Part shown: piece after piece, positions 45,082-54,856 of the stretch
Layout: every line of letters starts with the position of its first letter
Position numbering within the stretch: position 1 is the first letter of the stretch
Source of the DNA: a virus
Lineage: Duplodnaviria; Caudoviricetes
DNA length: 64,000 nt
Virus record (IMG/VR): IMGVR_UViG_3300011561_000001
Span: 1-64,000 of that record
Strand: one strand, 5' to 3'
The notes under the pieces: generated by a model
Seen by the model: the letters and a program-made list of their open reading frames with translations, nothing else
What the model was told of the DNA's origin: nothing
Database searches by the model: none
Made by a program: the position numbers and the translations under genes

Positions 45082-46527
45082 CTACACGAATACAATGTTG
45101 GCAGATTGTGTCTTAGCAATCTCATCGAAGTTAGTGATAATATTACTAAACCCAAGATTTCCGGGGTCCGTACCAATCCGCAGAGAGTTTACTTGATGCC
45201 CCACAACGCTGTTGATTGGTGTGTAGAGACGGCTGTAAACAACATCATCGTTGATGGTTAATCCGTTAATATAAGAAATCAAAGCTTCTTGAATCTTGTG
45301 TTCACCATCTTCTGGAAAACGGTTGTTAGTTTCAAGGTCAATCTCAATATACACTTGAACTTCTGTTGGTCTGGAGAAATTAATAGTCCTGACGTAACCG
45401 AAAGAATCAAGGATATCCACAGAAGTGTTACCCTGACTTCTAATCCCCGTAGGGCGGTTTCTCCAGATTGCAGTCGCTACATCAGAGGAAAGTCCCCCAT
45501 CAACGAGCGTTAGGAACGAGTGAGGAAGGACTCCATTCTCGTCTATAACATCCGTATCATTCTCATAGATCACTACGTTGGAGACGCCTTCAAGAGAGAA
45601 AATAGCGCTATACAAAGACTCTACAATGTTTGTTGCAAACTGAAACTTTGTATTTCTCCAGCGAAGGCGAAGCTCTTCGTCTGTTTCCTCATAGCGACCA
45701 ACAGACGCTTCTTGTGGGTTTGTTACGCTATCCCAACCAAGTATAGGGGTTCTGATGGTTGTGATAGTGTCAGGGGCTTGTTCAATTGGCCCAGCCTCTG
45801 TAGCCTCTACAGCTACTGTTTTCATCACCTTACTAATAACCATGTTGTTACTAACTTCAAAGTCAAACAATTGGAAATTAGTAACAGGTTTCACGAAGAG
45901 TCTTCCGTTATCTCGGAAAGTCTCTAAGTCTGGATGCGTGGCTTGTATTTCGGCTTCAAAGGCTGTATAAATATCTTCAATAGATGGGGTTGAAGTAGAC
46001 GCCACTTGAACGGAGATATAACTTGAGTCGGTTGATGCTCGGTAACGGAGTATGTATGTGTTATTAACGTCTAACGAGACTACGTTTACCCCAACACCTA
46101 CAGTTTGAACAGAGTTAAATACAACATCCGATGTTGTGGAGAAGTCTGTTGCAGTTAAAACACTTTGAACAATAGACCCACTTGGAATCGTCGTATTGAC
46201 GGAGGCAGTTAGGTAAACATCTGCTCTTGTTGCAGATTGAGATAACCTTGTTACCCCGGACAGCGCTACAAGGTTATCTAGTGGAATACCTGTAGCTGAA
46301 TTCGGATCAAACGCTGTGTAAACACCTTGCCCTGCTTCCCACAAATCTGTTAGAGAAGGGGTAATCAGCCCGATAAACCGACCAATGGTGCTGTCTTCAC
46401 TTGTGTCTACAACGTCATTAGGGTCTTCGATGAGGTCTTGAAATATAGTTGAGGCGCGGGAGCGAAGGTCAGCTATAATCTCTGGTAGGCGCTTTGTACC
46501 CCACCCATTGTTTGTCAATCCAGCCAT
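45082..46527 (-). CDS. Baseplate J-like protein
   Basis: ETDEELRLR, VVIYENDT, LPHS, RPT motifs. Confidence 0.9.
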   Translation of the reverse strand: MAGLTNNGWGTKRLPEIIADLRSRASTIFQDLIEDPNDVVDTSEDSTIGRFIGLITPSLTDLWEAGQGVYTAFDPNSATGIPLDNLVALSGVTRLSQSATRADVYLTASVNTTIPSGSIVQSVLTATDFSTTSDVVFNSVQTVGVGVNVVSLDVNNTYILRYRASTDSSYISVQVASTSTPSIEDIYTAFEAEIQATHPDLETFRDNGRLFVKPVTNFQLFDFEVSNNMVISKVMKTVAVEATEAGPIEQAPDTITTIRTPILGWDSVTNPQEASVGRYEETDEELRLRWRNTKFQFATNIVESLYSAIFSLEGVSNVVIYENDTDVIDENGVLPHSFLTLVDGGLSSDVATAIWRNRPTGIRSQGNTSVDILDSFGYVRTINFSRPTEVQVYIEIDLETNNRFPEDGEHKIQEALISYINGLTINDDVVYSRLYTPINSVVGHQVNSLRIGTDPGNLGFSNIITNFDEIAKTQSANIVFV

Positions 46528-46537
46528 TGAAACCTCT

Positions 46538-46909
46538 TTATGTGGTTGGTGACGTGACAGTGATTTGACTGGTCATTCCACCATTGGTTGTTTTTACATT
46601 AAAGCTGCAACTATAGGAGCGAGAGGCGTTATTGAAGTCGCTCAACCATGTGACAATTTCTCTTACACCTTGAACCGATAGAACTTCGCGCTGTAGGATT
46701 GAATCCACTTGCTGCTTACTTTTCTTAGTACCAAGGATATCAAACCAAGGAACTCCATAAGGTTCATCAAGAAACCACTCGGCCCTGAAGGTCCGTAGGT
46801 GAATCCATAAACGTTGTGCTACAACATCCGCTTCGGAAGTCTTTACGGGCACAGCTTTATTTACGAATAAAACATCACCAGTACCATTAACATCTAGTGC
46901 TATGTCCAT
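46538..46909 (-). CDS. Baseplate wedge, gp25/W-like sheath initiator
   Basis: QRL...LRTFRAEWFLDEPYGVPW. Confidence 0.8.
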   Translation of the reverse strand: MDIALDVNGTGDVLFVNKAVPVKTSEADVVAQRLWIHLRTFRAEWFLDEPYGVPWFDILGTKKSKQQVDSILQREVLSVQGVREIVTWLSDFNNASRSYSCSFNVKTTNGGMTSQITVTSPTT

Positions 46910-47209
46910 CTACCCACCTGCATAAACTGTTGATGCTCCTGCTGTAATCGTCATACCGCAAGAATAACCATCCCCAACACGAGCAACTGCTTTACCGTTA
47001 ACGAACACAGAACCACTTCCAGAAACCAAATTCGTAGAATGAGGTACGCATGTAGGAGGGGCATTGAATGAGTGCGCTACATTACTATCACCTAACCTGT
47101 GTACAGCAATCCCCTCAACAAAGACGTTTGGACTACCCTCAGCCGGGTTTGCTTGTCCACCACAAGGGTGCTGCGTAGCCGGATCACCTATTCTTGCTAT
47201 AGCAGGCAT
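46910..47209 (-). CDS. PAAR-domain spike tip
   Basis: IARIGD, VHRLGD and VARVGD repeats with His/Cys. Confidence 0.9.
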   Translation of the reverse strand: MPAIARIGDPATQHPCGGQANPAEGSPNVFVEGIAVHRLGDSNVAHSFNAPPTCVPHSTNLVSGSGSVFVNGKAVARVGDGYSCGMTITAGASTVYAGG

Positions 47210-47218
47210 ACATACCTC

Positions 47219-47878
47219 TTAGTTAATATCTACTCGACTGCCGTATATACCAACAGCCCCGCTTGCCATCACTGTGTAAGTTTCAGTATTGACCGTATAG
47301 TCTTTAGTGTTCACTTCAACAAATTCACCGGCATTGACAGTGACACCCTGATTGGTGTTGATTGTTACACCACCCGACCTATGAAGCCTAATCTCTGTTT
47401 CCTCTCCGCTACCTAGGTTGTGGTACAGAACAACATCGTTAGGATCATGTGACCAAACATGCTTATCTGGATTATTCACACTTTCACTAAAAGGGAATGG
47501 GGACAACATTGCGACACAATCTCTTTTGTCAAACTTTCTAAAGTCTGACGGGATTACGGGTGTTCCGTTACCGCGCTTCCATGTGTCTAACCCAGCCATT
47601 GAAAACATCAGCCACACAGAGTCACCAACTGAAACATTGTGTGTAAGTCCACCGTCCCTGCTAGATGGCATTAGTACAGGAACATTCAACACAACGGCTC
47701 GTTCGGATACAGTACCATCTTCTTTTTTAATATTGACTGCTGGTTGAACATCCACAGATAGATTCTGGAAGTTATCCCTAACTGTAACTACAATCCCTGG
47801 GATAGATGTGTACACATTCTCCATCCCGCCCCAGAAATTCTTAGTCAATGTCCCTTGCAGAGATTTTTCCTGTGCCAT
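47219..47878 (-). CDS. Central spike protein (Gp138/gpV-like)
   Basis: TSIPGIV...VDVQP...LNVPV...VGDSVWLMF. Confidence 0.85.
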   Translation of the reverse strand: MAQEKSLQGTLTKNFWGGMENVYTSIPGIVVTVRDNFQNLSVDVQPAVNIKKEDGTVSERAVVLNVPVLMPSSRDGGLTHNVSVGDSVWLMFSMAGLDTWKRGNGTPVIPSDFRKFDKRDCVAMLSPFPFSESVNNPDKHVWSHDPNDVVLYHNLGSGEETEIRLHRSGGVTINTNQGVTVNAGEFVEVNTKDYTVNTETYTVMASGAVGIYGSRVDIN

Positions 47879-48753
47879 TATACGCTCCCAATCTTCTCTG
47901 TAAGTTTAATGTCCATAGACCAATCATCTACACGCCAACCGCCTTTAATCCTCATGGAATCAATTCGGTAGTAGCCAGTAAGTTCTTCGTACTCAAGTTT
48001 GATTAGAGAGCCAGCAACCAATTCTGGAATAATGAGGCAACGGAATTGTAGTCCTCTTTTCTTCTTTTTATCTTTTACAGACCTGTTGACATCACCTGTT
48101 GTAAGATAGGGACGATCTAACAAGCCTGAAGACTGGCTAATTACAACAACGGAATTAATATCAGTTGTGTAGCTTTCAGTGGTGTCGCTTACATACAGCA
48201 CTTTGTCGTCAATTGACCAATCCATTTGATTGGCTCTGCACACTTCGTCGAGCATTTGTCGTGGAGTGCCGGAAAGTGGATAGCCGTCAATCACAGGATT
48301 TTTACAGTTAACACCTGTAATGACGTTGCGACTTGTGCCAAGTTCTTTGGCAATCTCTTTAATAACGTCTTCGTAAGTACTTCCCTCTGGGACAATCTTA
48401 CTAATTGTTTGATGATTAAGTTCAACGTAGTCAACACCAACATTCAAAATGGTGATTACATCAGCACCAGATTTTCTTGTAGATGCTTCTGTAACTTGGC
48501 CTGCAAAAAGACGTTTAAGTCCTGTATCAAGCCAACCTACACTAAGAACAAGACCAATGTATTTTCTTTCAAAGAATCTTTGTTTCTCTTTGGATAGGTT
48601 GTATATTTCAATCGTCGCACTGTTGTTCTTTTGTTTGTTGTCACTCATTTTGCTGATATCGAAGGTGATGTGAAGATCAGTGATTTCCCACCCATCTCCT
48701 GTTTTAACATCACCAACAATAAGAGAGTAAATCCTGTTAGTCTGTAAAGGCAT
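47878..48753 (-). CDS. Baseplate hub protein
   Basis: NSATIEIYNLS, LSVGW, DWSI, CLIIPEL..GS. Confidence 0.85.
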   Translation of the reverse strand: MPLQTNRIYSLIVGDVKTGDGWEITDLHITFDISKMSDNKQKNNSATIEIYNLSKEKQRFFERKYIGLVLSVGWLDTGLKRLFAGQVTEASTRKSGADVITILNVGVDYVELNHQTISKIVPEGSTYEDVIKEIAKELGTSRNVITGVNCKNPVIDGYPLSGTPRQMLDEVCRANQMDWSIDDKVLYVSDTTESYTTDINSVVVISQSSGLLDRPYLTTGDVNRSVKDKKKKRGLQFRCLIIPELVAGSLIKLEYEELTGYYRIDSMRIKGGWRVDDWSMDIKLTEKIGSV

Positions 48754-48769
48754 TCACCCTCCTATTAAT

Positions 48770-49093
48770 TTAAAGATCAGTAATGAAGAACAAACGAAAC
48801 CATTTATACAGGCTGAAAGAGTCAGTTCTAAACTTCTCGGCACTATCGCCAATAGGTTCCAACCAAAGAAAGCCTGAGAATGGTAAGTGTGTATAATCAA
48901 GGAGGATTGGGTAAAGTGGAACCAATCTTTCTCCTTGCACAAAATAAGCAGTTGAACCTTCTTCTCTCAAATCAAAGAACCATCCATCTACTCTTTGGTT
49001 GTAGTAGAGTCGAAAGACACAAGCCACTTCGTCTAGCACAACAGAGTAGAAGTAATCTTGTTCCTGATACAGAGGTAAACTAACGTAATTCAT
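48770..49093 (-). CDS. Small baseplate protein
   Basis: YSVVLD...RLYYNQRVDGWFFD pattern; synteny. Confidence 0.7.
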   Translation of the reverse strand: MNYVSLPLYQEQDYFYSVVLDEVACVFRLYYNQRVDGWFFDLREEGSTAYFVQGERLVPLYPILLDYTHLPFSGFLWLEPIGDSAEKFRTDSFSLYKWFRLFFITDL

Positions 49094-49917
49094 TTAACCC
49101 CCGTAGGTTCAAATCTGTTCTTTAAGATGCTCCGACGAGCTGGAGCGTTTGGGTCACTCTTATCCTCATCAGATTCAGGCACAGGCTTTTCTGTAGAGTC
49201 AGCCTTTCCTTTGTTCGAAGTGGCAGCGGCTTGTTTCTGAATGTCTTCAGAAACATCCTCTGGAAGCTCCTCTTTGCGAATCTCAACAAAGCGAGCTTGT
49301 TCAAGAGTCATATCAAAATGACAACCGTTTCCGGTATCAGGGGTTTCGTTTACTCTAAAATCTGTTACGACAAGATTAGTATAAGGTGCTTTACTATATT
49401 GGTTGCCATCCATCTCATACAAAGATACAGGGACAATACTATTTCTGTATGTCTGTGATACAGGATTGTAAATGACATCCAGAATCATTTTCTCGATAAA
49501 TTCTGAGAAAGATGGACCTGCTTCTGCAACAAGAGATTCATCACCAAACACTTCTGGTTCGACTGGCGAAAGAAACTGACCAATCACGTCCGGCAGGAAC
49601 TTATTCAACAGAGTCTTACCATCATCCACCGTAACAGCAACTGGCGGCTCACCCATTTGAATATTGTTTGCACCAACAGCAGCAAAACTTGTGGTATATG
49701 CTGCGAAGGTAATATCCGCAGAGGTAATAACTCCACGGATATTGAACGTCATATTTTCTGAAATGAAGTGGTCTGATATGCTTACACCAGAGTCCAAAGG
49801 ATGCTTGGATAGCTTACCGTTCACCGTCTTTGTATAGGACTCTACAGCGTTAATGTAGTAGACAGCACTAATATCTTCAGGACCACCGTTGTTTCCAAAT
49901 TGTAAAACTAACGACAT
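49090..49917 (-). CDS. Tail tube initiator/distal tail protein
   Basis: SKHPLDSG..ISDH, NLVVT, FDMTLEQ; directly after the TMP gene. Confidence 0.75.
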   Translation of the reverse strand: MSLVLQFGNNGGPEDISAVYYINAVESYTKTVNGKLSKHPLDSGVSISDHFISENMTFNIRGVITSADITFAAYTTSFAAVGANNIQMGEPPVAVTVDDGKTLLNKFLPDVIGQFLSPVEPEVFGDESLVAEAGPSFSEFIEKMILDVIYNPVSQTYRNSIVPVSLYEMDGNQYSKAPYTNLVVTDFRVNETPDTGNGCHFDMTLEQARFVEIRKEELPEDVSEDIQKQAAATSNKGKADSTEKPVPESDEDKSDPNAPARRSILKNRFEPTGVK

Positions 49918-51174
49918 TATTTACTCCCGTAAGATATATCAACTTCACCAAGCTGGTTAGTCCACCAACCTTCGATCTGAGGAAGAATCTCCTGATTGAA
50001 GATGTTCTCCATGTTTGCAGGATCAATCACACCATCAATCTTGATTTCAAAGGTGTTGGTGATAGTGTTCGATGTGCTGTTAGTCATACCCATTTGAGAC
50101 ATAGCTTGTTCTGGAGTAATGATTCCAGCCTTGATATCTTCTTCCAGAGCAGCACGCTTATCGGCTTGGAAGGCAAGATAATCATCAATCCCATTCCACT
50201 GACCAGCAGCTTTGCTTTGCATAAAAGCAGCTTTCTTTTCTGGTGTGCTCTGGGCTTCCCTATAAGCAGCCATGCGCTCATAGAACCCTGCATACTCGGC
50301 TAACCATTCTGCACCAAAAACAGCGGCAGCGCCGGGGGCGATGCTTCCTAAGAAGGCTAAGCCACCCTTCCAGCCACCACCCTTTGATCCAGATTTACCA
50401 TCAGAGCCTCCCGGAATTGTGTCTTTAAGAACACTACCCAACATAGAGCCTTTTGCTACAGCAGAAGCAATCTTTAGAGCCGCTGCCACAGCGAGAAACG
50501 CCATTGCAACACCCATAATACCCTTATCAAATTCTACGAATTTTTCTAGGAAGGTGAAGAAGTCTTTCGTATAACTGTCATAGCCAAGAACACCAGCAGA
50601 GATATCTTCGAGCACAAGGAAGACGCCACTAAATACAGCAGCCAATCTGCCCCAAGATGTCATCAACAGAGTTCCAACAGCGGCAAATTTCATTGCGTCT
50701 GGATGCAGAGCATTCATTGTGGTCTGGAGATTTTCAAAATGAGTCCCCAAATCACCAAGTACAAGCAGAGGAGCTTCGAGTTGCTTAGTTAACCAATTAA
50801 AAGCTTCAGACAAACTCTTAACAACCGGAGTTAGCTTTTCAACAGCGGTTGTGACTGTCCTGAAGAAACGGGCAAACCCCTCTTCACCGCCATTCTTAGA
50901 AAAGACATTCACCCAATCTTGGAAAGCATTACCCATTCGTGCTTGTTGGGCCATCGATGTGTTACGTAAAGCTCCGATCTTAGGTGCTGCCCTCTCAGAC
51001 ATAATCTGGGAGACAATTGGGAGAATATCGGCTGCCTTCACCTTACCAGTTGGTACAGCTTCATACAGAGCAGCAAGGGCAGCTTGACCAGTAAGTCCGC
51101 TCCCTGTTTGTCTAGCCAGAGCCTCAGCAAAGATACTCATGGTGCCCGGCATACTTTCAGCCATCTGCCTTCTA
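49917..51174 (-). CDS. Tape measure protein, exon 2
   Basis: Begins T AGA AGG CAG ATG GCT GAA, completing EELRRQMAESMPG. Confidence 0.9.
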
Positions 51175-51536
51175 CATTATCTTCGGAAGAGTTCGCTACT
51201 ACTCTTCCCGTTCTCTTATGAACTGCTGCACATCTCTATGCAGATGAGACTATATCTTAACCTACAACATTACTTGTTTAGGTTTCTCCTATTTCCACCA
51301 CCAATAGCTTGTGGTGTACTCCCTTCCGGGATAGTCGTTGAACTTCTATCTTATCTTAAAAGATATTTAGCTGCCGATTGACTCTATTGTTGACGTTTTT
51401 ACCATACCCATACCATTACGCATGGAGCCTATCATTATATTACTACAATGTGGCGGTAGTCAACACCTATCGAGTGTTTCCGGCAATTAAAGAGATTTAT
51501 TTTTCTACATATTTCTATGCAGCGAGCCTAAATTCA
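51175..51536 (-). mobile_element. Group I self-splicing intron (IA2-like, 362 nt, no ORF) in the tape measure gene
   Basis: P AAUUGCCGGAAA, Q AAUCGGCAGC, R GUUCAACGACUA, S AAGAUAUAGUC; P1 GAGCU/GGCUC with U.G wobble; terminal G; splicing restores the frame. Confidence 0.93.
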
Positions 51537-52696
51537 AGCTCTTCCATCGAGACGGTGCCTTTACCAAGCATCTGACTGAGGGCATTATTTACAAGCTTAC
51601 GGCGAGCAGGGGTTACGCCCATTGCTGTTTGATATTCACTAAATCCTTTGAAAATATCTTGACTACCACCAAGAGAAACACCAGCACCAAGGGCATTAGA
51701 CAGGAACTGGTTATAGTCTGGAGCAGCCTGCATGTAGCTAAAACCGTTAAGGTTAGCAAGATTTCTCAGCCATTGAAAAGCTTGTTCACCTTGTCTCTCA
51801 GTATAACCTTGAGATTGCAGAACAGCTTGTGTGGTCAGACGAGTTGAGATTGCTTCTTGGTTTGCGGTATTTAGTGTACTAAGACCATAAGCACCGCCAA
51901 TAAACGGTAAACTCCCCATTCCGTAGCGTGCTAAAGCTCCTGCTGTACCACCGCCATACATGAAGTTACGTCCAGACTTATCGGCAAGTTGAGGACGCTC
52001 TTGTTGAGAAGATCGCTGTGTTGCCTGCTGAGCCTTCTGTACTTGCTTAACTTGGTTTAGGTAGTTCTGACTGAGAACGGGGTTAATGAATATGTTGGAC
52101 AACCCAATCCGCAGCTGGTCACGCATAGCACTGATAGCAGCACTGGACACTTGGGGGCTTATGGTGAAGCCTCTGCTACCCAAACCCCTCAATGCTGTGG
52201 TGACACTCTGTTGCAGAACAAGAGCATTAACCCTTGCCATAATCGGCACAACAGGCATCTTAGCCAGAGCATTGTTTACTGTGTCTGAAAGCCTTCCAGA
52301 TGTCGATAACAAACTCTTACGTCTGGTTAGTCCGGCAAGTTTAGCATCCACCCATCTGGCGTCAATTGTTACAGGGAGTCTGATTGGGTTAGATTTAGCA
52401 GATGCCAACAATCCTTTGTTGATCGCAGATACTTGTTTCTTTGTAGGGGCTGTTAGCTCTGTCCCTATCTTTAGTGTAGTGCTCTTACTTACACTATTGA
52501 TAGCAGACCTTAGACGGGTGATGGCTGCTTTGGATACATTAAACTCGACACTAAGAACGGGTTTAATGTTCAGTCCTTTAGCGGCCTTAGCCATCCTCCT
52601 TTCAATAGATGCAAAGAAGGCATCTACTTTCTTTAAACTGCCTTGGGGGATATTGACGCCCAAGTCGAGATAAAACGATCCTACTGGTCCGGCCAT
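51537..52696 (-). CDS. Tape measure protein, exon 1 (spliced product 805 aa)
   Basis: Tape-measure domain ...LSQMLGKGTVSMEE-L; position after the tail chaperones. Confidence 0.9.
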
Positions 52697-52708
52697 GCTC
52701 CACCTTCT

Positions 52709-52993
52709 CTATCGTTTTGATTGTTTGGACTTCATCTCTTTCTCTTGCTCGGCTCTTGCAATAGCTTTAAGCTCTTCATGTACATCTAAATACTCAAGAT
52801 ACTCATTAAATAATGGGGTAGAGTATTTGTGATGAAGGTTGTATAAAGTTTCTATTGGGTTGTCTGTAGAGAAGATGACGCGCATGACATCATAATCGCC
52901 CGAGAAGTTATCTCTAATGTTATTCATTCTCGGGTTTTGAGATTGTTGCGATACAGCCTTTACAGGTCTTCTGTATCGCTTTCGCCGTTTCCC
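52709..52993 (-). CDS. Tail assembly chaperone GT extension (-1 frame)
   Basis: -1 frame is open from the slip site: GKRRKRYRRPVKAVSQQSQNPR-MNNIRDNF... Confidence 0.75.
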   Translation of the reverse strand, partial: GKRRKRYRRPVKAVSQQSQNPRMNNIRDNFSGDYDVMRVIFSTDNPIETLYNLHHKYSTPLFNEYLEYLDVHEELKAIARAEQEKEMKSKQSKR

Positions 52994-53259
52994 TCATTCA
53001 GATCGGGGAAGTTAAACTCTACTACAGCGTCAACCAGCTTCATCAAGTGACCATAACGTCCACGGAAATGAGAGTTGAATTTCTTTTCACTAAATGATGC
53101 ACTACCAATCTGCACACAGCGGCTTACAGCATCAAACACTACGCGAGCCGACATGCCTTCTTTGTTGAGACGAGAGATAAAATCAAGGCCGTCCATAGTA
53201 GGGAGCAGTTTGATAATGTAAGTTTGTTCGTCAATAGTGATTTCTTTGGTTTCTTGCAT
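52960..53259 (-). CDS. Tail assembly chaperone (G-like)
   Basis: Size and position between tube genes and TMP. Confidence 0.8.
   Translation of the reverse strand: MQETKEITIDEQTYIIKLLPTMDGLDFISRLNKEGMSARVVFDAVSRCVQIGSASFSEKKFNSHFRGRYGHLMKLVDAVVEFNFPDLNEGNGESDTEDL
52987..52993 (-). other. -1 programmed frameshift heptamer G GGA AAC
   Basis: X XXY YYZ in the correct frame, joining the two chaperone ORFs. Confidence 0.75.
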
Positions 53260-53281
53260 AATTGTTTCCTCCGAGGTTTAT

Positions 53282-53782
53282 TTAAAACAGGTTACCGATG
53301 GTTGAAGTTACACTGCCAAAGGCACCACTAATCATGTCAGTAATTGCATTCTTGTTAGCTTCATTTCCTTTAAGTGTCCACTCAGATGAGTCACAAAGGA
53401 ACTTCCACTCAATTTCATTTAACTCAGCCCCATACACGATATTGGGCCATCCACCAATGTAACACTCAACTGATGTGAATACAGGGCCACCAGCTTCATC
53501 TTTAAGCATTATTTCGAGCCTAACTTTTCCCTTGGAGGTTTGTTCAAGCTCAAGCACTTTTCCGAGAATTGTATTGACTTCTATACTTTGTGGGATAGTG
53601 AGTAGGATGGTGCAAGATGTGTCACGGCTGATTTCTTTTGCGTGCTTACCACGAATACCACGAATCTGTTTTACAAACTCTGTGTTACGTTGAATAGCAA
53701 TTCTGTTCCAACCACTAACTCTGTATCCGCCAAAGACAAGAGCTACTTGGTCTGGACTATATGTAAGGATATCTGCTGCCAT
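53282..53782 (-). CDS. Tail tube-like paralog
   Basis: TYSPDQV...G motif. Confidence 0.75.
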   Translation of the reverse strand: MAADILTYSPDQVALVFGGYRVSGWNRIAIQRNTEFVKQIRGIRGKHAKEISRDTSCTILLTIPQSIEVNTILGKVLELEQTSKGKVRLEIMLKDEAGGPVFTSVECYIGGWPNIVYGAELNEIEWKFLCDSSEWTLKGNEANKNAITDMISGAFGSVTSTIGNLF

Positions 53783-53790
53783 TTAATCAC

Positions 53791-54279
53791 CTATAGGATG
53801 CCGGGTAGAGCAGATGCTACAGTACCAAGAATGTCTTCCGCCATAGAGCTTGGACTTTCATTACCATTAATATTAACAACGGCATTTGCACTCTTGAGTG
53901 TCCACACACGCTCTGTCATCTCAACACCATAGGTAATGGCCGGAAGCTCTTCAATCCAAGTAGTTGTGGAGAAGATTAATGTCCCCCCGAAACCATCTTT
54001 AATCATTAATGGAAACTTACCACGTTTCGTCACACGATCAAGAAGAACTAGCTTATCAAGGAATCCATTTGAAGGACTTGTATTCATTAGTGTAAACTGA
54101 ATATCCCAAATATCGGCAGCATTGTAAGTTCTGGTGACACGACCATCTGCCGTAGAAGATGATGTAAAGACGGGTGCTTGTCTTGTTACAGAAACAAACG
54201 TACCATCAACAACACCTTCCAACGGAACTCCCATTACAAGGATCGTCACCTCTTCTGGGCTATATGTCCAAAGGTCCAT
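53791..54279 (-). CDS. Tail tube-like paralog
   Basis: TYSPEEV...G..DGTFVSV. Confidence 0.75.
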   Translation of the reverse strand: MDLWTYSPEEVTILVMGVPLEGVVDGTFVSVTRQAPVFTSSSTADGRVTRTYNAADIWDIQFTLMNTSPSNGFLDKLVLLDRVTKRGKFPLMIKDGFGGTLIFSTTTWIEELPAITYGVEMTERVWTLKSANAVVNINGNESPSSMAEDILGTVASALPGIL

Positions 54280-54321
54280 ATTAACTCCTTGTTAGGAAGG
54301 AAGGGGATTTCTCCCCTTCAA

Positions 54322-54846
54322 TTAAGAAGTCTTCCAGTCTTCAGCTACATCGTAGCCAACATCTTCAAGAGTGTTGACGCTAGCAGCATCCAGCAGACCA
54401 CCACCACCAACGTGAGAGTCGAGGTCGATACACTGAATAACCCAATCACGGTTATCACCTTCAGTGCCAAACGAAATGTCAGGCATGTTAGCGATATATG
54501 CTTGCGGGCTGAAGAATACAGAGCGACCAGAGCCATCTTTGATGGTAAGATGGAAAAGCCAATCATTGTTCATGGCATCTTCATCGTTCTTCAGAATCTG
54601 ACTGAAGACATCATTCGAGTCACTACCTTGCATCAGGGTGACAGTGACAGTAGAGGCCCGGTTCTTACGACGAACACGCATGGCGCTCATATCGCCGCCG
54701 ATCACGAGCTGAGTGGCTGGGGTTTCACGAGCAATAGTGATAAAAGTGCCTTCAGCAACACCACTTACAATATGACTGAAGCTATCATTACCAAGAACAA
54801 TACTAACTGCTTCAGGGAAGTAGGTAGAAAGAATATTTGCAGACAT
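54322..54846 (-). CDS. Major tail tube protein (DUF3277-like)
   Basis: TYFPEAVSIV...TVTLMQGSDSN; follows the sheath gene. Confidence 0.85.
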   Translation of the reverse strand: MSANILSTYFPEAVSIVLGNDSFSHIVSGVAEGTFITIARETPATQLVIGGDMSAMRVRRKNRASTVTVTLMQGSDSNDVFSQILKNDEDAMNNDWLFHLTIKDGSGRSVFFSPQAYIANMPDISFGTEGDNRDWVIQCIDLDSHVGGGGLLDAASVNTLEDVGYDVAEDWKTS

Positions 54847-54856
54847 TTACTTCTCC

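Noticed and set aside
51139-51575. Two plus-strand ORFs across the TMP gap, considered as a possible intron endonuclease
   Set aside because: Wrong strand, short, and no HNH, GIY-YIG or LAGLIDADG motifs; they are artefacts of the intron RNA.
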